Source of the DNA: an uncultured archaeon
GTDB taxonomy: Archaea; Aenigmatarchaeota; Aenigmatarchaeia; GW2011-AR5; JAHLMP01
Assembly (NCBI GenBank): GCA_964428495.1
Contig: CAYRXY010000002.1
Span: forward strand, 19,784-83,783
Direction: 5' to 3'
DNA length: 64,000 nucleotides
Shown: one piece after another, positions 26,821 through 36,577 of the stretch
How the letters are laid out: each line of letters starts with the position of its first letter
Position numbering within the stretch: the stretch's first letter is position 1
Position numbers and translations under genes: made by a program
The notes under the pieces: generated by a model
The model's database searches: none
Told to the model about the DNA's origin: nothing
The model's input: the letters and a program-made list of their open reading frames with translations, nothing else

Positions 26821-27630
26821 ATGAAAATTTTTCTTGGTCCAGCAGGAATACCGTTAGCTTGCAATGGAAATGTCTTAGATGGCATTAAGATGGTAAAGGA
26901 CTTAGGTCTAAATGCTATGGAAATTGAATTCGTTCATGGTGTTAGAATGAGTTTAGACTTAGCAAAGGGTGTGGAAAAGCTTTCTTCTAAACTTGGTATA
27001 AAACTTTCTGTCCATGCACCTTATTTTATAAATCTATGTAATCCGGAAAAGGTTCAAGCATCTATCTCGAGAATTCTTCAATCAGTTGAAAGAGCTCATT
27101 ACATGAATGCCTGTGTTGTTGTTTTTCATCCAGGCTACTATGGAAATAGTTCAAGAGATAAATGTAAAGAGTTTGTAATATCAGCGTGTGAGGAAATGTA
27201 CAAGAAAATGAAAAAGAATGGCTGGGATGACGTCTACTTAGGAATGGAAACAACAGGAAAGGTTTCACAATTTGGGACTATAGATGAGTTAATTGATATT
27301 TCGAGAAAAATTAATGGATGTATACCAGTTATAGATTTTGCTCATATTTATGCGAGGAGTGGTGGCAGAATAAATTATGCTGGAATATTCGATAAACTTT
27401 CAAGCCTAAAGCTTAAACACATTCACTCTCACTTCTCTGGTATTGAATATGGATTAAAGGGAGAGAGGCGACATTTACCAATCTCTCAAGCAGGTCCAGA
27501 TTTCGAAAAACTTGCTAAAGAAATTCTCAAAAGGAAATTGAATATAACAATCATAAGTGAGTCCCCGCTTCTAGAAAAGGATTCTCTTGTTATGAAAAAA
27601 ATCTTTGAAAATCTGGGATACCAATTTTAG
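26821..27630 (+). CDS. AP endonuclease family 2 (endonuclease IV-like) TIM-barrel protein
   Basis: VHAPYFINL, VVVFHPGYY, GMETTGK, IDFAHIYA and HSHFS parallel the endonuclease IV metal-ligand motifs. Confidence 0.75.
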   Translation: MKIFLGPAGIPLACNGNVLDGIKMVKDLGLNAMEIEFVHGVRMSLDLAKGVEKLSSKLGIKLSVHAPYFINLCNPEKVQASISRILQSVERAHYMNACVVVFHPGYYGNSSRDKCKEFVISACEEMYKKMKKNGWDDVYLGMETTGKVSQFGTIDELIDISRKINGCIPVIDFAHIYARSGGRINYAGIFDKLSSLKLKHIHSHFSGIEYGLKGERRHLPISQAGPDFEKLAKEILKRKLNITIISESPLLEKDSLVMKKIFENLGYQF

Positions 27631-27782
27631 AATACAAGCCTCATGAATATTACTAGAAACATAAACAGTATTGAAATTATTACAACATGTTCCGGTTTTA
27701 ACTTTACAAGTGTTTTCTCTTCCTCAAAGTATCTAACTAACCCTGCAGTAGACATTGGAAGATAGGACTTTTTTTCTGCCAT
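27627..27782 (-). CDS. secG: preprotein translocase subunit Sec61-beta (archaeal SecG)
   Basis: Not in the track (51 aa). MAEKKSYLPMSTAGLVRYFEEEKTLVKLKPEHVVIISILFMFLVIFMRLVF has the GL(V/M)RYF motif and a C-terminal TM. Confidence 0.75.
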   Translation of the reverse strand: MAEKKSYLPMSTAGLVRYFEEEKTLVKLKPEHVVIISILFMFLVIFMRLVF

Positions 27783-27825
27783 AAGTAACTTTTATCAGAG
27801 TAAATTTTTAAGCTTTAGAAATCAT

Positions 27826-28200
27826 CTAAAGACTCTTTCTAAGTATTTCACATAATTCTTCTATTTTACTTTCATACTCTTTGTCCGGTATTTCGGCATT
27901 ATCGATTAGATTATTTATCATTTTTTCAACTCTTTCTAATAAATTCCATCGATTTTCTAGTTTAATATCACGACGTTCGGCCCACATAACAAAATCAGAA
28001 TGAGATTTGAACTTTTCTATCGCTTCCCTTTCTTTTCCAGGACTCGTTTTATAGATAAATATGTTATATCCATGTCTATACTCATCATCACTTAGCTCGT
28101 AACCTAAAACCTCACCGAATTTTCTTGCAAAGTCCTTATCTATACTCTTCGAAAAAGCAACTAAAATTTCTCCTTTTGCATATTGTGGTTCGTATCTCAT
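27826..28200 (-). CDS. hypothetical protein (124 aa)
   Basis: ORF only. Confidence 0.5.
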   Translation of the reverse strand: MRYEPQYAKGEILVAFSKSIDKDFARKFGEVLGYELSDDEYRHGYNIFIYKTSPGKEREAIEKFKSHSDFVMWAERRDIKLENRWNLLERVEKMINNLIDNAEIPDKEYESKIEELCEILRKSL

Positions 28201-28291
28201 AAATTATTTTCTACATCGTAAGTTTTTAAGATGGCTTTAACCTTTTTATTCTTAAATCCAAAAATTAACTATAATTTAAAGGTGCAAGTAA

Positions 28292-29647
28292 ATGTTGGAT
28301 AAGCTAGGAAAAATGCTTCCTGCAATAGAAGAACCGAAATATGCTCTAAAATTTAGGACAAGACTGATGTGGATTGGAATCATTCTTATACTATTCTTAG
28401 TGATGGGACAAATACCTCTTTATGGCGTTGCTCCGGAGACTTATGAAAGATTTAAGTACATGCAGCTAGTTCTTGCAAGTAAAATGGGGACGTTGATGAC
28501 GCTAGGTATCAGCCCAATTGTTATGGCATCTATTATACTTCAATTGTTAGTTGGAGCAAAGATATTACCTTTAGATCTTACAAAGCCTGAAGATAGAATA
28601 AAGTTTCAAGATATGCAAAAGATTGTAACAGTGCTCTTCTGCATCTTTGAGGGAACAGTATATGTACTTTTTGGGGTTATAAAACCTGGAAGTCCAGACA
28701 TATTTACTATATTACTTTTGATTGCTCAACTCTCGTTCGGAGGATTCTTGGTTCTCTTAATGGACGAAGTGATTCATAAGTGGGGCGTTGGATCTGGAAT
28801 CTCATTATTTATTGCCGCTGGTGTTTCACAGACAATTTTCGTTAGAGCTCTTAATCCATTCACAATGGGAGCTGAACTTCCTGCAGGTGCAGTTCCAAGA
28901 TTTATTACAGCTTTAGGTATTGGAGAGATAGGTACAGCCATAGATGCAATAATTCCAGTCATCGCAACGGTGATTGTATTTCTTATCGTAGTTTATGTTC
29001 AAGGCATAAAGGTCGAGATTCCTCTTGCATTTGGTTCTCTGAGCGGATTTGGAAGAAGGTGGCCATTAAAGTTCATCTATACATCAAACATTCCCGTAAT
29101 ATTAACTGCCGCCCTACTTGCAAACTTCCATCTATTCGGAACGATGATTCATAATCCTTGGATAGCTCAGTATGATTCATCAGGAAACGTAATAGGTGGG
29201 CTTTTATACTATCTATCTATGCCAAGAGGGCTAATCCTTTCCATAATCCACGGAACTATTACTACTGGTATGATTCTCCAAGCTATTGGATATGTTCTCT
29301 TTATGGCAATAGGTGCTACGTTATTCTCTATTTTATGGATATATACCTCGGGAATGGATCCAAGATCTGTCGCCGAGCAAATAAAATCTATTGGATTTCA
29401 AATACCTGGATTTAGAAGAGATCCAAGAATCATAGAGCAGGTTCTCGCAAGATATATACCGCCATTAGCACTTATGGGTGGTTTATTTGTTGGTTTATTG
29501 GCAGCTTTTGCTGACTTTACTGGAGCCCTAGGTACCGGTACTGGTATACTTTTGACTGTTATGATTATCTATAACTTCTACGAGGAAATCTCAAGAAGAT
29601 ATGTAGAAGAGATGCATCCTGAATTGAGAAAGTTCTTTGGAAGGTAA
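28292..29647 (+). CDS. secY: preprotein translocase subunit SecY
   Basis: 451 aa, 10 TM. GISPIVMASIILQLL, DE..KWG.GSGISLFI, YTSNIPVIL. Confidence 0.96.
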   Translation: MLDKLGKMLPAIEEPKYALKFRTRLMWIGIILILFLVMGQIPLYGVAPETYERFKYMQLVLASKMGTLMTLGISPIVMASIILQLLVGAKILPLDLTKPEDRIKFQDMQKIVTVLFCIFEGTVYVLFGVIKPGSPDIFTILLLIAQLSFGGFLVLLMDEVIHKWGVGSGISLFIAAGVSQTIFVRALNPFTMGAELPAGAVPRFITALGIGEIGTAIDAIIPVIATVIVFLIVVYVQGIKVEIPLAFGSLSGFGRRWPLKFIYTSNIPVILTAALLANFHLFGTMIHNPWIAQYDSSGNVIGGLLYYLSMPRGLILSIIHGTITTGMILQAIGYVLFMAIGATLFSILWIYTSGMDPRSVAEQIKSIGFQIPGFRRDPRIIEQVLARYIPPLALMGGLFVGLLAAFADFTGALGTGTGILLTVMIIYNFYEEISRRYVEEMHPELRKFFGR

Positions 29648-29735
29648 GAAATCTTAAAATTTATAGCCCAAAAACAATTTAATTTTAAAAACATTTGTTC
29701 GAATAAATTATTCTTAGACGAAAAGTTCCCACTAT

Positions 29736-29807
29736 CCCGGTGTAGCTCAACGGCAGAGCGGCCGGCTGTAGACCGGCAGGTTGCAGGTTCAAATCCTGCC
29801 GCCGGGA
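29736..29807 (+). tRNA. tRNA-Tyr (anticodon GUA)
   Basis: C1-G72 acceptor CCCGGTG/CGCCGGG, anticodon stem GCCGG/CCGGC with loop CTGTAGA, T-arm GCAGG TTCAAAT CCTGC. No intron, no CCA. Confidence 0.93.
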
Positions 29808-29936
29808 CTGAATTTTGTTCAGTCCCCTACCGGTATATAAAAGGAAGATCCCGTAGGGGTTTATTCATGTACGGAAATAATGAAAAAAGCTAATAATTGA
29901 TCTAAATTTTATTTTTATTAATAGAAATAAAAGAAT

Positions 29937-30554
29937 ATGCAAAAGAAAACTCATATAGCATTTGGTGTATTCATTGGGTCAATTATGTTTTACTTTGGGA
30001 TTCCATTACCATATGTGATACTAGTTGGATTTATGGCTTTCTTTCCTGATATAGATTGGTTAATGGACAAAATATGGCTCAATAAAAATGGAATAGTTAA
30101 ACGAATTTGGTTGAAGGTATTTAAAACAAAGTCTATACATCGAACTTTTCTTCATAACATATGGTGCATGATTTTTCTTATGGTAGTTCTTGGATATTTC
30201 TCTTCCTGGGATTTGTACACTATTATTTCAGTATTTTTCGGGTATATTTCTCATTTAATTATGGACTCATTAACGGTTTCTGGTGTATATTGGTTATGGC
30301 CTTATGGATTTTCTTCTAGAAAATTTTTTATAAATGGTAAATTTGTTACAGGTAGAGCAATAGAGAAAATTCTATTTAGTATCTTTATAATTCTAGGTGG
30401 TCTCTTCTTTGGTTTGAGTTTTATGAAAACAATAAGCTTTAAGGATGTACTTGAGTCTCTTATTACAATAGTTATGCTTTCACTTTTTGGAATCGCTTTA
30501 ATGAAAAAAATTGTAAGATCATTGGAAAAAGTAACTTCTAAAATTTTTAAATAG
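29937..30554 (+). CDS. membrane-bound metal-dependent hydrolase (YdjM/DUF457 family)
   Basis: KKTHIAFGV.., FFPDIDW, HRTFLHN and SHLIMDSLTVSGVYWLWP are family hallmarks. Confidence 0.75.
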   Translation: MQKKTHIAFGVFIGSIMFYFGIPLPYVILVGFMAFFPDIDWLMDKIWLNKNGIVKRIWLKVFKTKSIHRTFLHNIWCMIFLMVVLGYFSSWDLYTIISVFFGYISHLIMDSLTVSGVYWLWPYGFSSRKFFINGKFVTGRAIEKILFSIFIILGGLFFGLSFMKTISFKDVLESLITIVMLSLFGIALMKKIVRSLEKVTSKIFK

Positions 30555-30572
30555 CCAAGAAAATAGTTAATT

Positions 30573-30755
30573 ATGCCGGAATGTCCATATTGTGGGAAAT
30601 GGTTTAGAAGTAATAAGGCACTCAAACAACATATTACAAAGGCACACACGGTAAAGACTGGTATGGGAACTAGGATGTTAGCTATAGGAACTGTTGAACC
30701 ATTTGGAGCTATGGAAAGAAGGGCAAAAAGAAGAAAGAGAAGGGGATTATTTTAA
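30573..30755 (+). CDS. C2H2 zinc-finger protein (60 aa)
   Basis: CPYCGKWFRSNKALKQHITKAH fits C-x2-C-x12-H-x4-H exactly. Basic tail KRRKRR. Confidence 0.6.
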   Translation: MPECPYCGKWFRSNKALKQHITKAHTVKTGMGTRMLAIGTVEPFGAMERRAKRRKRRGLF

Positions 30756-30775
30756 AATTAAGGATGTGAGAGCTT

Positions 30776-31177
30776 ATGAGTGATAAAAAACAGAAATCAA
30801 TTAAGACTGCCTTAGTCGTAGCAGGAATTTATTTTGCTATTGCCTTTATGATGGGTTTGGTTGAACAAAATTTTATTGAGGGGCTGATAATCGGAATAGT
30901 TGGAGGGTTAATTTTTGGAAGCATTACGTTTCTTATTTCTAGATCCGTCATAAAAAATAAAGTTAATTTTAAGTGGTGGCAATGGATTTTATATTTTATT
31001 GGGTGGATAACAGGTATTTTTAACCTGACTTTTTGGTTAATTATGTATGTAGCCCACCTAATATATGACTATGAAGAACCGTTTTTCAATAAAAAATTCC
31101 ATCAGAGAGTATATAAGTGGGGGCTTGTAATGAGTATTGTATTAATTCTAATCATAGTATTATCGTTGTTTATTTGA
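30776..31177 (+). CDS. hypothetical membrane protein (133 aa)
   Basis: Four hydrophobic helices. Confidence 0.5.
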   Translation: MSDKKQKSIKTALVVAGIYFAIAFMMGLVEQNFIEGLIIGIVGGLIFGSITFLISRSVIKNKVNFKWWQWILYFIGWITGIFNLTFWLIMYVAHLIYDYEEPFFNKKFHQRVYKWGLVMSIVLILIIVLSLFI

Positions 31178-31224
31178 TTAAAAATTGAAGAGCTAAATAA
31201 ACTATGTGAACTTATTCAAAGGCT

Positions 31225-31635
31225 TTAAAATATGTATGGATAATCTGAAAAAAGCATCATATTCTGAATAGCTTCAAGTTGCTTTTCTTCAACTTCCCTT
31301 TTCAAATTTTCTAGCTTTTCGTATGGGAACACCTTAAATCCTTTCATGTGCTGATGATAGTATCCTATCTTAACTCCATTTATTTCCTTGTATCCAACTA
31401 CTATCCAGTCACCTTTTTTCTTCTTTAGTGCAAGCTCTATTGCACCATAGATCGGTATGAAAATGTCCCTTATCCCAGACTTCGCTAATGCTCTCCACTC
31501 CTTCTCTGTAAGCAGTGTATTGGCAGCGTCCTTATAGAAATCTGGGACAAATTTTTCACTGAAGAAAAATTCATAATTCTTTATTGGCTTTTCCTTTCTC
31601 ATGATTAAAATTTTGGGATTAAACTTAAAAATCAA
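31225..31635 (-). CDS. hypothetical protein (136 aa)
   Basis: ORF whose start overlaps the ABCE1 stop by 4 nt. No motif recognised. Confidence 0.5.
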   Translation of the reverse strand: MIFKFNPKILIMRKEKPIKNYEFFFSEKFVPDFYKDAANTLLTEKEWRALAKSGIRDIFIPIYGAIELALKKKKGDWIVVGYKEINGVKIGYYHQHMKGFKVFPYEKLENLKREVEEKQLEAIQNMMLFSDYPYIF

Positions 31636-33341
31636 ATAGAAGCGAAATAGTGTCCAGATTCTCTTTGTTCTCTATCTTTTACAGATCCGGGCTTATTTGG
31701 TTTCAGTCTTCTTGTTTCCTCGTCACGTCTAAATGTTATATTTACCTCTTTTAAGAACTCGTTCAAACCTTCCTGTAAGGAATACATCTTTGCACATCCC
31801 CACTTACCGCCCTCACCGCTGAATAACATACACCTATCGGCGATTGAGCTTATGAAAAGAATATCATGATCAATTATAACAAATGTTCTTTCCAGATTTC
31901 TAATTAATTTTATTAACATTACTCTTTGATCTACATCGAGGTACGCAGATGGTTCGTCAAGTAAATATATATCTGCACCCCTTCCTAGGCACAGAGCTAT
32001 CGCTACTCTTTGTAGTTCACCACCAGATAACTTGTTTACAGACTTCTGCAAAATAGTTCCCAACTTTAATTTAGATATTATTGGCTTGAAATCATCACTG
32101 AAAGGATCTTTTACCGTAGCAAGAAGATCATATACTCTTCCATCAAAGTTTACCGAAGAAATATATTGAGGTTTATATGATATTTTTAGCTTCCCATCAA
32201 TTTTACCATCTACCTTTTCTATTCCCGCGAGTATCTTAGCAAAGGTTGTCTTACCAAGGGCATTCCCACCTATTATTCCAAGTATTTCATTTTTGTAGAT
32301 TTCACCAGGCTCCACAGTAAGAGTGAATGATGAATATTCCTTACTAAGTTTACTAAACTTAATCAAGACTTCATTGCCTTTCTCCCTTTGGATCGTTTCT
32401 GTAAAGGTAATAGGCTCTCGTATTTTTACGTTTTCCTCTCTTAAATATCCTTCTAAGAATGCGTTTATACCATTCTTTACTCCATAAAGACCTGAAACTA
32501 TTCCAAATGCTCCAGGGACTCCATAAAATATATGAATCCAATCCGCTAGATAATCAAGCATTGCTAGATCATGTTCCACAATCATTATGGACTTTCCAAG
32601 TGATTGCTCTCTTATAAACTTTGCAACCTTCATTCTCTCTTTTATATCAAGGAAGCTCGAGGGTTCATCTATATAGTATATATCAGCGTCCTGTGAAAAT
32701 GCATGAGCTATGGCAATTTTTTGTAGCTCACCACCAGATAAACTTTTAAGATCTTTTGATAGGTCTATATTCAGCTTTTTTGCTATGTCTTTATCAATAT
32801 TTAACTCATCAATACTAGAAAACTGCTCCGGTATCAGATCGACTTTTTGTGGTTTGTAAACAGTTCTAACTTCACTCTTACTTAATTTTTCTAAGTATTG
32901 TTGTATTTCTGTTCCCCTGTAATATCGAATTATCTCTTTCCAGTCAACTTCTTCATAGAAATTTCCAAGATTTGGCCTAACTGCGCCAGCAAGTATCTTT
33001 AACGCAGTGGTTTTTCCAATTCCGTTTGCACCCAATAACCCTACAATACCTTTCTTTGGTATAGGTAATCTAAACAGTCTAAATGAGTTTGGTCCAAACT
33101 GTACAATAGGTTTCTCATCCAATTCTTCAGGAAGATTGACAATTTTTATCGCGTTAAAATCACATCTTTTTACACAAATCCCACAACCTATACACAGATT
33201 TTCATCAATAACAGGAAATCCATCTTCTCCTTTTATTATACATTTTTTTTCAGATCTATTTATCGGACAAACATTCATACAAACATATTTACACTTCTTG
33301 AACTCACATAGATCTTTACCAACAATTGCAACTCGAGTCAT
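31632..33341 (-). CDS. ribosome-recycling ATPase ABCE1 (RNase L inhibitor homologue)
   Basis: N-terminal 4Fe-4S motifs CMNVCP and CIGCGICVKRC. Two ABC cassettes: GANGIGKTT, LSGGELQ, GGNALGKTT. Start taken at MTRVAIV (33341). Confidence 0.96.
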   Translation of the reverse strand: MTRVAIVGKDLCEFKKCKYVCMNVCPINRSEKKCIIKGEDGFPVIDENLCIGCGICVKRCDFNAIKIVNLPEELDEKPIVQFGPNSFRLFRLPIPKKGIVGLLGANGIGKTTALKILAGAVRPNLGNFYEEVDWKEIIRYYRGTEIQQYLEKLSKSEVRTVYKPQKVDLIPEQFSSIDELNIDKDIAKKLNIDLSKDLKSLSGGELQKIAIAHAFSQDADIYYIDEPSSFLDIKERMKVAKFIREQSLGKSIMIVEHDLAMLDYLADWIHIFYGVPGAFGIVSGLYGVKNGINAFLEGYLREENVKIREPITFTETIQREKGNEVLIKFSKLSKEYSSFTLTVEPGEIYKNEILGIIGGNALGKTTFAKILAGIEKVDGKIDGKLKISYKPQYISSVNFDGRVYDLLATVKDPFSDDFKPIISKLKLGTILQKSVNKLSGGELQRVAIALCLGRGADIYLLDEPSAYLDVDQRVMLIKLIRNLERTFVIIDHDILFISSIADRCMLFSGEGGKWGCAKMYSLQEGLNEFLKEVNITFRRDEETRRLKPNKPGSVKDREQRESGHYFASI

Positions 33342-33393
33342 AAACTTTAAATTAAGACTAAAATACAAAAAGCTTTTGAACAATAGTTATCTT

Positions 33394-33657
33394 ATGTTCA
33401 AAACTAAGCGGGAACTTTGTAGAATGATATCATCCAAATATAAAGATATGGGAGAGAAATTACTCAAATCGTACCAACCCTTTTTGGACAATGAGCCCTT
33501 TCCTCGTAATTCTGCGGATGATATGGATGACATATTTTATAGATCTATAGAGTATGAAGAAAAATCAAAGTATTATGAATCATTAGCTAAGTCTAGAATT
33601 AAGATCATCTTTATCTCTAAGAGAAAATTAAACGATATTCTAAAGAATTTGGAGTAG
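33394..33657 (+). CDS. hypothetical protein (87 aa)
   Basis: Only the non-antisense tail of track ORF 33007..33657, from ATG 33394. Weak support. Confidence 0.35.
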   Translation: MFKTKRELCRMISSKYKDMGEKLLKSYQPFLDNEPFPRNSADDMDDIFYRSIEYEEKSKYYESLAKSRIKIIFISKRKLNDILKNLE

Positions 33658-33671
33658 ATATTGAAATGGCT

Positions 33672-34190
33672 CTATTTCTTTTCCTCAATTACGATTCTAT
33701 AACCTAGTGGTAACTTATGTTTAGCTCTGTTCAAGGCCTCCTTAGCTGCATTCACAAACTCCTTGTTTACACGAACCTCAAAAATCTTTTGTCCCCTTCT
33801 GACTTGTGCTGCTGTCCCTATAGGTACCCCAAAACTATGTCGCATTCCTTGCTGAAATCGATCAGCACCTGCACCTGTTGCTAATCTATTTTCACGAAGG
33901 ACATGATGAGGATAAACTCTTAATTTTATAAAGAATTCCTTTGTTGCCTTTTCTACAGTTTTAACTACGGCCATTCTAGCTGCCTCTAATGCATTATGCC
34001 TAATTTGTAAGGTCTGATCAGAAACTAAGTATAAAGTGACGTCATAATCCTTCTTCGTACCCATTTCAAATTGACTAATTCGACTACCAGGTACTCCCTT
34101 TACATAGCCCTTTCTAGGATTTCGTTTAGACTGCCTAGTATAAGGACGACGAAGTTTTCGGTAGCACCTCCCTGGCCTCAACTTTGCCAT
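33672..34190 (-). CDS. rpl10e: 50S ribosomal protein uL16 (L10e)
   Basis: MAKLRPGRCYRKLRRPYTRQSK..GVPGSRISQFEMG is the L10e N-terminus. Confidence 0.94.
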   Translation of the reverse strand: MAKLRPGRCYRKLRRPYTRQSKRNPRKGYVKGVPGSRISQFEMGTKKDYDVTLYLVSDQTLQIRHNALEAARMAVVKTVEKATKEFFIKLRVYPHHVLRENRLATGAGADRFQQGMRHSFGVPIGTAAQVRRGQKIFEVRVNKEFVNAAKEALNRAKHKLPLGYRIVIEEKK

Positions 34191-34260
34191 TAAATCACCT
34201 GCTTAATACTTCTAATTTTATTAAATTCATCTTTTAAATCTTTTAAATTTGATTTAGAAA

Positions 34261-35013
34261 TCAATCTTCCTCTTCTAAAACTTCCAATGACTCAAAACAT
34301 CCATATTTCCTTGCAATGGATTCTATTTTGTCACTTATTTTCTCTATCTCTTGATCTAGCTTTTTAGTTCTTTTTGTTTTTAACCTAATAAGATATGATG
34401 GTGCTGCTATGTACTTTACCTCTAAGCCTAGCTTTTCAATATCTTCTAGAAGTCTTTTTATTTTGTTTACACCGTCACCATCATAACTCTTAAGATTTAA
34501 TTTGAATTTTACAACTATCTCCTTTTCTTTTACCATTTTCTTTGATATTTCACCGATTTGTTCTATCCACTTATCTGTGAGCACTCTTTTCAAAAGTTCT
34601 GGATTTCTTATACTCAGCTCAAAAACCTTTGTAATAGAACCGAATTCCTCCTTGAGCATATTCTTTATTTCTTCAAACTTCTTAGCTTGTCTCATTTTCT
34701 TTGCTATCATCTCTAATGCTTTCTCTGCCCCTTTTTCCCTTTTGTATTCTTTTAATTTATGCTTTCTCTGCTCTCGTTTAACCCTCTTTATTGAAAGATT
34801 TATTACATTTTCATCTGCAAAAACTACTTTAGTCACTACGATTTGCCCCTCCTTCAAATGGTTCTTAATATCTTTAATCCAACCACTCGCAACCTCACTT
34901 ATATGGATCATACCTTCACGATCGTAATCTTCTATGTATGCAAAAGCAGAATGAGGATTAACCTTAGTTATCTTACATACGACTAATTCCCCCTTGGATG
35001 GTGTTTTTTTCAT
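34261..35013 (-). CDS. eif2a: translation initiation factor aIF2 alpha
   Basis: S1 domain GELVVCKITKVNPHSAFAYIEDYDREGMIHISEVASGWIKDI. Follows rps27e, as is conserved. Confidence 0.92.
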   Translation of the reverse strand: MKKTPSKGELVVCKITKVNPHSAFAYIEDYDREGMIHISEVASGWIKDIKNHLKEGQIVVTKVVFADENVINLSIKRVKREQRKHKLKEYKREKGAEKALEMIAKKMRQAKKFEEIKNMLKEEFGSITKVFELSIRNPELLKRVLTDKWIEQIGEISKKMVKEKEIVVKFKLNLKSYDGDGVNKIKRLLEDIEKLGLEVKYIAAPSYLIRLKTKRTKKLDQEIEKISDKIESIARKYGCFESLEVLEEED

Positions 35014-35016
35014 CTC

Positions 35017-35190
35017 TTAACCGCCTTTCAATGGTTTGAGAACTGTAGTTTTTATTATGGCCTTTCCTCCACTAGGCACAGCTAACTCCTCTCCACAAAC
35101 TAAACATTTAATCCTAGTACTAGCTTTGGAGAATATTATTTGTTCGTTCTTGCACTTTTTACATCTAACCTTCAAAAATATTCCTGGCAT
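35017..35190 (-). CDS. rps27e: 30S ribosomal protein eS27
   Basis: FLKVRCKKCKNEQIIFSKASTRIKCLVCGEELAVPSGGKA zinc ribbon. Start at internal ATG 35190. Confidence 0.9.
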   Translation of the reverse strand: MPGIFLKVRCKKCKNEQIIFSKASTRIKCLVCGEELAVPSGGKAIIKTTVLKPLKGG

Positions 35191-35314
35191 AGATAAAGAT
35201 TTACAAATGAAGTTTAAAAAACTTATTGCTACGCGTTTTATCTGATTGAGATTTATATTTAAACTTTTAAATTTAATCAAACAAAAAGATAAACTATATT
35301 CATGAGGGATTAAG

Positions 35315-35860
35315 ATGATAAAGAAGAAATGGTATGACGTTTATGCTCCAAAGATATTTGGCGGAATAAGAATAGGTGAAATCCTCGTCACCGATCCTAA
35401 AACATTGACCGAAAGGGCTGTTGAAGTATTGTTAAGTGATATAATTCAAGATCCATCTAAGTTCTACATAAAACTCAAATTTAAGGGAGATAAACTAGAG
35501 AATGAAAAGCTTTACACTAAGTTTGTGGGTCATGAATGTCTTAGAGATTACATTTCCCATATTGTAAGGCGTGGCGTAACGCGGGTAGATAATAATGTAA
35601 TCGTCACAACAAAGGATGAAAAAAAGCTAAGAGTCAAAGGAATCTTAATCACTTCAAGAAGGGTCAATGTATCCACAAAAAGTAAAATAATTAAGGCTAT
35701 GGACAAAGTTATTATAGAATATGCAGGAAAGACAAATTTTGATGACTTTGTCAAGGACATGGTATTCGGTGTCATAGCTGGAAAGATCAAGAAAGCATGT
35801 AAGAAAATTTACCCTGTTTCTAAGGTTGAGATAAGGAAAAGCCATGTACTAAATAAATGA
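35315..35860 (+). CDS. rps3ae: 30S ribosomal protein eS1 (S3Ae)
   Basis: KKKWYDVYAPKIFG...DPSKFYIKLKFK is typical of S3Ae. Confidence 0.93.
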   Translation: MIKKKWYDVYAPKIFGGIRIGEILVTDPKTLTERAVEVLLSDIIQDPSKFYIKLKFKGDKLENEKLYTKFVGHECLRDYISHIVRRGVTRVDNNVIVTTKDEKKLRVKGILITSRRVNVSTKSKIIKAMDKVIIEYAGKTNFDDFVKDMVFGVIAGKIKKACKKIYPVSKVEIRKSHVLNK

Positions 35861-35881
35861 TTTTGTCTATATATCATCGAC

Positions 35882-36577
35882 TCAATACTGAATATCGATT
35901 TGTTTCAAAATATCCTTTAATTCCTTCAATGACTTTATCTGAAAGTCAGGTTCTCCTTCTTTTCTGATGTTAAGAAGAATCGTTTTAATTCCGATTTCCT
36001 TCGCTGGTTTCAGATCTTTTTCCCATGAGTTACCAATAACAACTACTTCATTCGATTTGAGATCAAGTTTTTTCATAGAGAATTCATAGAATCGCTTACT
36101 AGGCTTCATAATTTTAGTTTCATCTGGTGTAATCAGAAATTTAAAGTACTTTTTCCAATCACCTAGGACTGCATCTAGTTTCTTTTTTAAAATATTTTCG
36201 AATTCCTCACTCGTAACAACTAGTATATATCTATTTGATAAGTCTTCCAAAACTTCCTTTGCGTATGGCATTGCTTCCATTTCAAGAAGCACGATATACC
36301 AAAACAACTCAAGAGACTGTTTAATTATTAATTCAATATTCTCAACGTTAAAATATTCCAATACTTTTCTTAAAAGATATTCTCTTTTTCTCTTTTCTGG
36401 ATCCCATCGAGCTTGTGAATTCATGATCTCATTCTTAAGTTCATTCCATTTATCCTCTATTAATTTTCTATCGAGTTTTATTCGGTCTTCTAAAAATTTG
36501 AATAATTCATCGTATGCACGCTTTTTGTTTATTCTATATAGAGTTCCATCTGCATCGAAAAACACTGCCCTTATCAT
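35882..36577 (-). CDS. HAD-superfamily hydrolase
   Basis: Motif I VFFDADGTLY, motif IV GNSWEKDL. 231 aa. Confidence 0.85.
   Translation of the reverse strand: MIRAVFFDADGTLYRINKKRAYDELFKFLEDRIKLDRKLIEDKWNELKNEIMNSQARWDPEKRKREYLLRKVLEYFNVENIELIIKQSLELFWYIVLLEMEAMPYAKEVLEDLSNRYILVVTSEEFENILKKKLDAVLGDWKKYFKFLITPDETKIMKPSKRFYEFSMKKLDLKSNEVVVIGNSWEKDLKPAKEIGIKTILLNIRKEGEPDFQIKSLKELKDILKQIDIQY

Noticed and set aside
29736-31177. Integrated element at tRNA-Tyr
   Set aside because: There is no integrase, no repeat of the tRNA 3' end that I could find downstream, and the composition of the following genes is ordinary.
33007-33393. 5' two-thirds of the 216-aa plus-strand ORF
   Set aside because: Antisense to the ABCE1 N-terminal region. 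Only the tail from ATG 33394 lies in intergenic sequence, and it is kept as a weak CDS.
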